Source: an uncultured Clostridia bacterium (GTDB lineage: Bacteria > Bacillota > Clostridia > Oscillospirales > Oscillospiraceae). Taken from it: a stretch of DNA of 32,000 nt. This document shows positions 9,023 through 16,079 of this stretch, piece by piece. Made by a program: the position numbers and the translations under genes. The stretch's first letter is position 1, and the number at the start of each line of letters is the position of its first letter. The notes beneath the pieces were generated by a model. It ran no database searches, was not told where the DNA came from, and was given only the letters and a program-made list of their open reading frames with translations. The stretch is from positions 10,640 through 42,639 of the forward strand of contig CAMJGL010000006.1 of the NCBI GenBank assembly GCA_946405205.1, written 5' to 3'.

Positions 9023-9380
9023 ATGACATCTTGTACGTTCGCTGGGTATCGGGGAAATGTATCAGCCGATGATGGATGCAAAAATTGAGAAAGCAATCCG
9101 GGAACTTTTACAGACCGACAGCGAGTTTATCTTCTACACCGGAGGGATGGGCGAATTTGACAGCAAATGTGCGTCAGCAGTCCGCTTAGCAAAACGGCAG
9201 TATCCTCACTTGAAGATTCGCCTTGCCCTGGTTCTTCCGTATACGTCCAATAAGCTGAATACGGAAAAGGCATACTACGAATACTACTATGATGAAATCA
9301 TTATTCCAGAGGAGCTGTGCGGAGTTCACTACAAAACTGCGTTTCAATCTTACAGAGCAGAAATGGATTTACACATTTGA
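9023..9380 (+). pseudogene. SLOG / DUF1273-like gene disrupted by a frameshift in a G4 run and apparently truncated at the 3' end
   Basis: The ATG at 9023 has an AAGGAAG SD and encodes MTSCTFAGYRGN..., stopping after 21 codons. The remainder (YQPMMDAKIEKAIRELLQTDSEFIFYTGGMGEFDSKCASAVRLAKRQYPHLKIRLALVLPY..HYKTAF) is in the +1 frame (track ORF 9057-9380). Deleting one G from GGGG at 9051-9054 joins them as MTSCTFAGYREMYQPMM.... The CxF(T/A)G(H/Y)R start and the GGxGxFD motif fit my recollection of DUF1273/YpsA-type SLOG proteins. Confidence 0.45.
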
Positions 9381-9429
9381 TATTGCCCTGCCCTATGGAT
9401 ATAGTAAAAGAAAAACAGGAGTGAAAACC

Positions 9430-9753
9430 ATGAGTGACACATATTTCGATTTGCCCTCCCGCCTGGAGGATTCCTTCTCGGAGATCGACAGTGATATTGT
9501 AACTGACCTGCGGAAAAACAGTGAGGAATACGATGAGATTCAACAGCAGATTTCTGACTTGAAAAAGCGGTTCCCGTGTATTATGAAAGTGATGGAGGAC
9601 AAAGGTGAGATTCAACTGACCACAGAAGAACACGCCGCATTTGTCCAATGCCTTCGGTTGCTCCGAAAGCTGGATGATATGGAGCGCCTGCAGCTTTACT
9701 TCCGCGGACATACGGATGCGGTGGCTTACCTCAAGAGAATCAAAGCGATTTAA
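9430..9753 (+). CDS. Hypothetical 107-aa helical protein
   Basis: An AGGAG SD lies 8 nt upstream of the ATG at 9430. The track ORF (9289-9753) extends upstream in the same frame across the SLOG remnant. A terminator follows. Confidence 0.6.
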   Translation: MSDTYFDLPSRLEDSFSEIDSDIVTDLRKNSEEYDEIQQQISDLKKRFPCIMKVMEDKGEIQLTTEEHAAFVQCLRLLRKLDDMERLQLYFRGHTDAVAYLKRIKAI

Positions 9754-9824
9754 CATTAGCGTCTCGGAACAATTCGGGCCGTTTCTCACATTTAGTTAAG
9801 CATAAAAATGTAACGAATGGGAAG

Positions 9825-9850
9825 GATGTCACTTCGGTGGCATCTCTTTT
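9825..9850 (+). terminator. Rho-independent terminator
   Basis: Stem GATGTCAC (9825-9832) / GTGGCATC (9837-9844) with one G-U pair and a TTCG tetraloop, followed by TCTTTT. Confidence 0.6.
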
Positions 9851-9896
9851 CGTATGAAAATTTATAATTTGGGCACACTAATATTTGAAAATGTCA

Positions 9897-9925
9897 TTTA
9901 CATTCTTGCTTCAACTTGATATAAT
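9897..9925 (+). promoter_or_regulatory. Strong sigma-70-like promoter of the abiE operon
   Basis: -35 TTTACA (9897-9902), a 17-nt spacer, and an extended -10 TGaTATAAT (TATAAT at 9920-9925). Confidence 0.5.
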
Positions 9926-9967
9926 GTGAAGCAGGAATGTAAACAATCTTGTGAGGAGGTGTGTACC

Positions 9968-10564
9968 ATGGATCAGATTTGGATGAAAATAAATGAATTG
10001 GCCGAGGCAAACAACGGGTTCGTTAGGACAGCGCAGGTTGAAGAACTGGGCATCAGCAGGCCCATGCTGCGCAAGTATACTGATGCCGGTAAACTGGAGC
10101 AGGTACGCAAAGGATTGTATGTGCTCACGGATGGCATTCCGGATGAGTATGCATTGTTGCAGGAGCAGTGCCGGGATGCTGTCTTTTCCTATGGCACAGC
10201 ACTGTATTTGTGGGGACTCTCAGATCGAACACCGCATGTATATGACATTACAATTCCGAGAGGGAAAAATGTCACCATCTTGAAACGAGATAATCCTAAC
10301 TTGAGGTGTCACTATTTACCGAGAGAACTTTATGAGATCGGTATTACACAGACACGCTCCCCACAAGGGGCTGAAGTGAGGTTGTATGATAGGGAACGCT
10401 GTATTTGTGATTTGATCCGTAACAAAGAACAAATGGATATGCAACTGTACACGCAGGCAATCAAGGATTATTTCAAGACAAAGCCCAACAATCGGAAACT
10501 TCTGAAATACGGAAAACTGTTCGGAGTAGAAGATAAAATCAGGACCTATATGGAGGTATTGTGA
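9968..10564 (+). CDS. abiEi: AbiEi-family antitoxin / transcriptional regulator (type IV TA)
   Basis: N-terminal winged-helix pattern NNGFVRTAQVEELGISRPMLRKYTDAGKLEQVRKGLYVL. It sits immediately upstream of, and overlaps, a nucleotidyltransferase toxin gene. The start was moved to ATG 9968 (GAGGAGG SD). Confidence 0.8.
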   Translation: MDQIWMKINELAEANNGFVRTAQVEELGISRPMLRKYTDAGKLEQVRKGLYVLTDGIPDEYALLQEQCRDAVFSYGTALYLWGLSDRTPHVYDITIPRGKNVTILKRDNPNLRCHYLPRELYEIGITQTRSPQGAEVRLYDRERCICDLIRNKEQMDMQLYTQAIKDYFKTKPNNRKLLKYGKLFGVEDKIRTYMEVL

Positions 10565-11403
10565 TGAAAACACCAGAGCAATTAAAAGGAACGATTCGCA
10601 GCATGGCAGCAAAGAGGAATCTTCGGGCGCAGGAAGTGCTGCAGATGTTTCTGTTTGAACGGATTTTGGAGCGCTTAGCTAATTCAAAATACAAAAAGAA
10701 TTTTATTCTCAAGGGTGGTCTGCTGATATCCTCAATGATCGGTATCAGTGAGCGCACTACGATGGATATGGATACTACCGTTCGAGGAATCCAGATGGAA
10801 GAAGATGATATTGTTCGGATTGTCAAGGAAATTCTTACGGTGGATGTTGACGATGGTATCCTATTTGAATATGAGAGCATTGAGCCTATCCGGGAAGAAG
10901 ATGCTTATAATAACTTTCGGGTGCATTTGCGTGCAAAATATGGCAAAATCGACACTCCAATGAAGATAGATGTAACGACCGGTGATGCGATCACTCCAGC
11001 GGCAGTACAGTATGACTTTCCGATGCTGTTCGAAGATAAAACGGTGCCGGTTATGGCCTATACACTGGAGACGGTGTTGGCCGAAAAATACGAAACGATT
11101 ATTCGACGGAATATCAGTAGCACACGAGCGAGGGATTTTTACGATCTTCACACGCTGTATCGCAGCCGGAAATCAGAGGTTCGCATTGATGTTTTCAGAG
11201 CTGCTGTGTTACATACAGCGCAAAAGCGAGAATCCGTTGAAGATATCAAGGATTGGAAGGATATTCTGAAGGATTTGCGCGAAGAACCGCAGATGTATTT
11301 ACTGTGGGATAACTATATATCTGAAAACAGGTATATCGGAAACTTGGAATTCCATGTAGTTCTCGATTCATTGGAAGAGGTGGCAGAGGCGTTGAATTTT
11401 TAA
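10564..11403 (+). CDS. abiEii: AbiEii/AbiGii-family nucleotidyltransferase toxin (DUF1814)
   Basis: NTase-like motif LKGGLLISSMIGISERTTMDMDTT (a G-rich turn plus DxD). The size is about 280 aa. The start overlaps the abiEi stop (TGATG; GTG 10561 is the alternative start). Confidence 0.85.
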   Translation: MKTPEQLKGTIRSMAAKRNLRAQEVLQMFLFERILERLANSKYKKNFILKGGLLISSMIGISERTTMDMDTTVRGIQMEEDDIVRIVKEILTVDVDDGILFEYESIEPIREEDAYNNFRVHLRAKYGKIDTPMKIDVTTGDAITPAAVQYDFPMLFEDKTVPVMAYTLETVLAEKYETIIRRNISSTRARDFYDLHTLYRSRKSEVRIDVFRAAVLHTAQKRESVEDIKDWKDILKDLREEPQMYLLWDNYISENRYIGNLEFHVVLDSLEEVAEALNF

Positions 11404-11471
11404 ACTGTCAAAGAATGTGAGAAGCAAGTTTATCATAGCGACAACAAAAATAACTAAATAATATGGTACAT

Positions 11472-11510
11472 AGCCGATTGGTTTTCTTCGGAGAATCAGT
11501 CGGCTTTTTC
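11472..11510 (+). terminator. Rho-independent terminator after abiEii
   Basis: 15-bp stem AGCCGATTGGTTTTC / GAGAATCAGTCGGCT (three G-U pairs) with a TTCG loop, followed by TTTTTC. Confidence 0.65.
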
Positions 11511-11535
11511 TATGTCAGAACGGAGGTGACACAAC

Positions 11536-11871
11536 TTGACCAACGAAGAACTGAACACGGCTCTATATGAAAAGATGTTTGCCGAGCAGGAAACCTACCG
11601 GGCGTGGCTGCTTTCCCAGCCCCCGGAGGAAATCCTGAACCACGCCTATGAGTACACGGTTCGGGAGGACATTCTGATGTCGCTGGAATATCACGATCTG
11701 CCGGACGCACAGGCCAGAGCGTTGATGAAATCGCCCAGCCCCCTTGACGATGTATTTGCGGATTGGGAGAACAAAGAAACCGGCCACATGGACGACATCT
11801 GGCAGACCGTGGAGGATCGGGCCAAAGCCGAAGTGCAGAAACATAAGAAGAAAGAAGAAAAGGAGCGATAA
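11536..11871 (+). CDS. DUF3848-like conserved ICE protein
   Basis: TTG start with a GGAGGTG SD 6 nt upstream. The sequence LYEKMFAEQETYRAWLLSQPPEEILNHAYEYTVREDILMSLE matches my recollection of DUF3848 proteins, which precede DUF3991/Toprim genes in Clostridia ICEs. Confidence 0.7.
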   Translation: MTNEELNTALYEKMFAEQETYRAWLLSQPPEEILNHAYEYTVREDILMSLEYHDLPDAQARALMKSPSPLDDVFADWENKETGHMDDIWQTVEDRAKAEVQKHKKKEEKER

Positions 11872-11879
11872 CAGCTCTG

Positions 11880-11909
11880 GGCCGGTTGGGGTTTCCAGCC
11901 GGCCTTTTT
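11880..11909 (+). terminator. Hairpin + U-tract between the DUF3848 and Toprim genes
   Basis: GGCCGGTTGG (11880-11889) / CCAGCCGGCC (11895-11904) with one G-U pair, followed by TTTTT. Confidence 0.55.
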
Positions 11910-11964
11910 ACATAGCCGGACTGTCCCAGGCAGTCAATTCATGGCTATGGAAAGGAGGATTTTT

Positions 11965-12927
11965 ATGCCATATATTCCCCCGGAGGTCGTTGCAAAAGCA
12001 AAGGAAATGGACTTGCTGACCTATCTCAAAAACTACGAACCGGGTGAGCTGGTGCATTTTGGAGGGAGCACCTACTGTACCCGAACCCATGACAGTCTCA
12101 AAATCTCCAACGGCAAATGGTGTTGGTTTTCCCGTGGCATCGGTGGCAAGACGGCTCTGGACTATCTGATCAAAGTCCGTGAGATACCGTTCACCGAAGC
12201 GGTGGAGATGATTGTGGGTCAGGCGGCAATTCACCCGCCCACTTATGAGCCAGCACCCAAAAAGGACGCACCCAAGGTGCTGCTGCTTCCCCCGGCCAGC
12301 CGCTGCGCCACTCATGCAGTCAGCTATCTTTCCGGGCGCGGCATCGACAGTGAGGTGATCGATTTCTGTATCTCTACCGGACGGCTGTACGAAAGCAGCG
12401 GCAGATACCACAATGTGGTTTTTGTGGGCCATGACCGGTACGGGAAAGCGCGGTATGCCAATCTGAGGGGGATCGGTTCTGACTTCAAGGGTGAGTGTAA
12501 CGGCAGCGACAAGCGGTTCTCTTTCAATATCCCGGCAGAAAACAGTGAGATTCTCCACCTGTTTGAGAGCGCCATCGACCTGCTTTCCTTTGCTACCATC
12601 CGCAAATTGAACGGTATGGATTGGAAAAAGGATCATCTGCTGTCGCTGGCAGGCGTGTATCAGCCAAGAGAGAAAATCGAGGAAAGCGCCGTGCCGTTGG
12701 CACTGACCCAATACCTGCGCGACCACCCGGAGATCAAAACGATTATTCTGCGGCTGGACAACGACAGGGCAGGCAGGCTGGCGGCAAAGGCGCTGATGGC
12801 GGTTCTGCCAAAGAACTATATCATTGATGCACGATTCCCGCCCAGAGGCAAGGATTACAACGACTGCCTATGTATGCACCTGGGTATTCCCATCATCCGG
12901 AGCAAAGAGAAAAACCAAGAACGATAA
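11965..12927 (+). CDS. DUF3991 + Toprim domain protein (primase-like)
   Basis: AAAGGAGGA SD upstream of the ATG at 11965. The N-terminal segment is HDSLKISNGKWCWFSRGIGGKTALDYLIKV. The Toprim-like motifs are LFESAIDLLSFATI and LRLDNDRAGRLAAKAL (DxD). Confidence 0.8.
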   Translation: MPYIPPEVVAKAKEMDLLTYLKNYEPGELVHFGGSTYCTRTHDSLKISNGKWCWFSRGIGGKTALDYLIKVREIPFTEAVEMIVGQAAIHPPTYEPAPKKDAPKVLLLPPASRCATHAVSYLSGRGIDSEVIDFCISTGRLYESSGRYHNVVFVGHDRYGKARYANLRGIGSDFKGECNGSDKRFSFNIPAENSEILHLFESAIDLLSFATIRKLNGMDWKKDHLLSLAGVYQPREKIEESAVPLALTQYLRDHPEIKTIILRLDNDRAGRLAAKALMAVLPKNYIIDARFPPRGKDYNDCLCMHLGIPIIRSKEKNQER

Positions 12928-12940
12928 GGAGGATCACAAC

Positions 12941-13261
12941 ATGAAAGAATTTGAAGTCACTTTGACTGCCGTTTCCAGAAAGACCTTTAAGCTGAGAGCT
13001 GATTCCCAGGAGGACGCTTTCCTGCTGGCAGAGGCCATTCTGGAGAATACCGATCTGCTGGACTTTTCCGATGAGGATGTGGACAGCATGGACATGACCT
13101 GCGAGGAACAGTGCGGCGGCGTCTGCGAGATCTGCAGCCGTGCCTGTGAAGACTGCGGCGACTGCACCGATCTGGAACCGGACTGCCCCTACCCTGACAA
13201 GGAATGCGAACACCGTTGTCCGGCCTGCGGCGGCTGTATGGCAGACAGCGAGGATGACTGA
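12941..13261 (+). CDS. Small acidic protein with a DpnD/PcfM-like N-terminus and a 12-Cys C-terminal tail
   Basis: TAAGGAGGA SD upstream of the ATG at 12941. The N-terminus is MKEFEVTLTAVSRKTFKLRADSQEDAFLLAEAIL. The tail is CEEQCGGVCEICSRACEDCGDCTDLEPDCPYPDKECEHRCPACGGC, containing several CxxC knuckles. Confidence 0.65.
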   Translation: MKEFEVTLTAVSRKTFKLRADSQEDAFLLAEAILENTDLLDFSDEDVDSMDMTCEEQCGGVCEICSRACEDCGDCTDLEPDCPYPDKECEHRCPACGGCMADSEDD

Positions 13262-13335
13262 CTCTGTTTTCGGCTGGTTTCAAAGAATGTTCGACCCCGC
13301 AGGGAGAACAGGTCTGCAATATACCAGCAAGCATC

Positions 13336-13380
13336 GCCTTTGTGATACCACAAAGGCTGCTTGTCAGGGGAAAGCCCCTG
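13336..13380. other. Candidate oriT hairpins upstream of mobC/relaxase
   Basis: IR1 is GCCTTTGTG-ATAC-CACAAAGGC (13336-13357) and IR2 is CAGGGG-AAAG-CCCCTG (13365-13380). Both lie in the 150-nt non-coding gap immediately upstream of the mobilisation genes. No U-tract follows, so they are unlikely to be terminators. Confidence 0.35.
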
Positions 13381-13411
13381 AAACCCCTCATTGGAAAGGA
13401 GAAATTTGATT

Positions 13412-13528
13412 ATGCACAACGCATTGTTTTTTGCGATTGGCTTCCTCATCGGTGCGCTGTTCGGCATTGTCTTTATGTGCCTGTTGCAGATTAACCGCCT
13501 GAACAGAAAGGAGGAAAAAGACAAATGA
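13412..13528 (+). CDS. 38-aa single-TM protein, translationally coupled to mobC (absent from the ORF track)
   Basis: GGAAAGGAG SD upstream of the ATG at 13412. The product is MHNALFFAIGFLIGALFGIVFMCLLQINRLNRKEEKDK. Its TGA stop (13526-13528) overlaps the mobC ATG (13525) as ATGA. Confidence 0.55.
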   Translation: MHNALFFAIGFLIGALFGIVFMCLLQINRLNRKEEKDK

Positions 13529-13854
13529 GGAAAAGAAATGTCCACATTCAATTCTGGCTGAACCGCAAGGAAGCCGAATCCCTGGATAAAAAAGTCCGCC
13601 GCAGCGGTCTTTCCCGTGAAGCGTATCTGCGCCATCTGATTGACGGCGTGGTACCGCAGGACGCTCCGCCCCCGGACTATTTTTCCATGATGCGGGAGCT
13701 GTACGGTATCGCCAATAACCTGAATCAGATCGCGCAGAAAGCCCACACCCTGAATGTGGTGGATGTGCAGCGGTATGATAACTGCGCCCGTCAGGTGGAA
13801 ACTGCCATCAAGAAAATCACAGAGGCCGTTGTCCTGCCCAGGCCGATGGAGTGA
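13525..13854 (+). CDS. mobC: MobC-family relaxosome accessory protein
   Basis: RHH-like N-terminus (VHIQFWLNRKEAESLDKKVRRSGLSREAYLRHLI) and the characteristic LYGIANNLNQIAQKAH motif. It lies directly upstream of the relaxase. Confidence 0.85.
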   Translation: MRKRNVHIQFWLNRKEAESLDKKVRRSGLSREAYLRHLIDGVVPQDAPPPDYFSMMRELYGIANNLNQIAQKAHTLNVVDVQRYDNCARQVETAIKKITEAVVLPRPME

Positions 13855-13861
13855 TACCGCC

Positions 13862-15304
13862 ATGGCAACAACCTCTATCTGGCGGGTCAAGGGGTGGCTG
13901 GGTAAGGTGGTCATTTATGTGGAGAACCCGGACAAGACGGAGAACCCCGCATTTTATGAAAAGCAGGAGATGACAGAACGGCAGGCCCAGGGCCTTTCCG
14001 ATGTCATTGATTACGCTGTGAACAGCGAGAAAACTCAAACGACAGGTGAAGCCACGGAGGTCATGCAGCAGTTTATTTCCGGCGTCAACTGCCACCCGTC
14101 CACCGCCCGTGAGGAAATGATCGCCGTCAAAAAGCGGTTCGGAAAAGAGGACGGCACTGTGGCCTACCACGGCTACCAGTCCTTTGCCCCCGGAGAAGCC
14201 ACCCCGGAAATGGCCCATGAGATCGGGGTCAAGCTGGCACAGCAGCTTTGGGGCGATAAGTACCAGGTCATCGTTGCCACCCATCTGGATAAAGACAGCC
14301 ATCTGCACAATCATTTTGTGGTCAATACGGTGTCTTTTCTGGACGGCCTCAAATACCACCGCACGGAAAAGGACTATTACGAGATGCAGAAAGCCTCCGA
14401 TGCCCTTTGCCGGGAGTATGGCCTTTCGGTCATTGAAAATCCTCAGCGTGGGAAGTCCAAGCAGTACGGCGAATGGAGAGCCGAACAGGAGGATCGCCCC
14501 ACATGGCGGGGCCTGATCCGCGCCGAGATTGACGAGGTGATCCGCCAGTCCATGACCGAACGCCAGTTTTTCGACAATCTACGAAAGCGTGGCTATGAGG
14601 TCAAGGTTGGCAAGGATATTTCCGTGCGGCCACCGGGCAAGGAACGTTTTGTCCGCCTGGAACGAAACTTTGGCGAGGACTATTCCCTGGAGGGCATCCG
14701 CCGCCGTATTCTCATGCAGCAGCGATCCGAGCGTCCACTGCCTGAGCCGGAACATAAGGTGCGCCATGTCAGGTTGCGGGGTGACTTCAAAAACACAAAG
14801 AAAGTCACAGGCTTTCGGGCGCTGTATTTTCATTACTGCTATCTGCTGGGCATCTTCCCAAAAGACCGGCCGAAAAGCAACAAACGCCTCCACTTCCTTC
14901 TCCGGGAGGATTTAGCAAAGCTGGACGCCATATCGGAAGAAACAAAGCTGCTGGTGCGGAACCACATTGATACCGCCGAGCAGCTTTCTTCTTATAAGGA
15001 AGATTTGGAGCGGAAAATTGAATCGCTGACTGCCGACCGCAAGGCTCTGTACCGAAAGCAGCGCACCGTATCGGTAAAGTCCGATGATGACGCTCTGACC
15101 AGGGTCAAGGAGCAGATCACAGCTATTTCTAAGGAGCTGTCGGCGCTGAGAAAGGAGGTGAGATTATGTGAGGATATTTCCATACGCTCCGGCGTAATCA
15201 AAGAGAAAATCAGAGCTGTCCGGGAGGACGAACAATCTCAGGGAAAGGAGAACAAACGCGATGAACAATTCAGGCGACGCAGCGGAACAGGTCGTCAGGC
15301 TTAG
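13862..15304 (+). CDS. Relaxase / mobilisation nuclease (MobA/VirD2-type)
   Basis: Histidine-triad motif HLDKDSHLHNHFVV at nt 14282-14314. The start was moved to ATG 13862 (MATTSIWRVKG), just after the mobC stop. Confidence 0.9.
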   Translation: MATTSIWRVKGWLGKVVIYVENPDKTENPAFYEKQEMTERQAQGLSDVIDYAVNSEKTQTTGEATEVMQQFISGVNCHPSTAREEMIAVKKRFGKEDGTVAYHGYQSFAPGEATPEMAHEIGVKLAQQLWGDKYQVIVATHLDKDSHLHNHFVVNTVSFLDGLKYHRTEKDYYEMQKASDALCREYGLSVIENPQRGKSKQYGEWRAEQEDRPTWRGLIRAEIDEVIRQSMTERQFFDNLRKRGYEVKVGKDISVRPPGKERFVRLERNFGEDYSLEGIRRRILMQQRSERPLPEPEHKVRHVRLRGDFKNTKKVTGFRALYFHYCYLLGIFPKDRPKSNKRLHFLLREDLAKLDAISEETKLLVRNHIDTAEQLSSYKEDLERKIESLTADRKALYRKQRTVSVKSDDDALTRVKEQITAISKELSALRKEVRLCEDISIRSGVIKEKIRAVREDEQSQGKENKRDEQFRRRSGTGRQA

Positions 15305-16076
15305 TTTAGAAGGAACCGAGGTTGCCTTAAAGCTCACCGGCTCCGCTGCCAAAAACATTGCCGCCGCCATTTATGCGGTGCTGAAAAATCGGGATAAGAA
15401 CAAGATCAAGGGCCGCCAGCGTCTCACCGCCATGCTGAAAAGCGGCAAGGAACTCAAGGTATTCACTATTTCGGAAGAACACCTGAAACAGTTTGCCACC
15501 GAAGCCAAGCGTTACGGCGTTGTCTATTGCGCCCTGCGCGGCAAAGAGAAATCCGCAGACGGTATGGTGGATGTGATGGTGCGGGCCGAGGACGCATCGA
15601 AAATCAACCGTATTGTGGAGAGGTTCCACCTTGCTACGGTGGATACGGCGTCCATCAAGCATGAGATCGAAAAGACACGGGCTGAGAAAGGTGCTGGGGA
15701 GAAAATGGAGGCTCCCGCCGTTCCCGAAAAGGGCCAGCCCGAAAAGAGCGATGAGGACAAACTGCTGGACGAGATGCTGGGTGCGCCCACAAGGAAGGAG
15801 GAGCCTGCACCGGTAAACCCCTCTGCGGCGAGGACGGAAAAATCCCCTCCGTCCGCGCCTACCTCAGAGCCGCCCAGCAAAACCGCCGAGGGTGCTGCTA
15901 AAAGCGCAGAGCAGCGTCCCTCCGTCCGCAAGGAACTGAGGGATATTCAGGCGCAGCGCAGGCAGGAAGAAGCGGCAGCTCCGGTCAAAGAGCCGGAGCG
16001 CACAAAGAAACCGGCGGCCAAAGCCAACCAGCATAAACAGCCGCCCCGTAAAAAGAAGAAAGCAAAGGAGAGATAA
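15261..16076 (+). CDS. PcfB / DUF3801-family protein with a Pro/Lys/Glu-rich tail
   Basis: GGAAAGGAG SD. The sequence VVRLSLEGTEVALKLTGSAAKNIAAAIYAVLK...LKVFTISEEHLKQFATEAKRYGVVYCAL fits the PcfB family from recall. The gene overlaps the relaxase 3' end by 44 nt. Confidence 0.7.
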   Translation: MNNSGDAAEQVVRLSLEGTEVALKLTGSAAKNIAAAIYAVLKNRDKNKIKGRQRLTAMLKSGKELKVFTISEEHLKQFATEAKRYGVVYCALRGKEKSADGMVDVMVRAEDASKINRIVERFHLATVDTASIKHEIEKTRAEKGAGEKMEAPAVPEKGQPEKSDEDKLLDEMLGAPTRKEEPAPVNPSAARTEKSPPSAPTSEPPSKTAEGAAKSAEQRPSVRKELRDIQAQRRQEEAAAPVKEPERTKKPAAKANQHKQPPRKKKKAKER

Positions 16077-16079
16077 GCC

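Noticed and set aside
13140-13409. An 89-aa + strand ORF spanning the end of the Cys-rich gene and the candidate oriT.
   Set aside because: It overlaps the better-supported 12941-13261 gene out of frame, has no SD, and covers the hairpin-rich non-coding gap.
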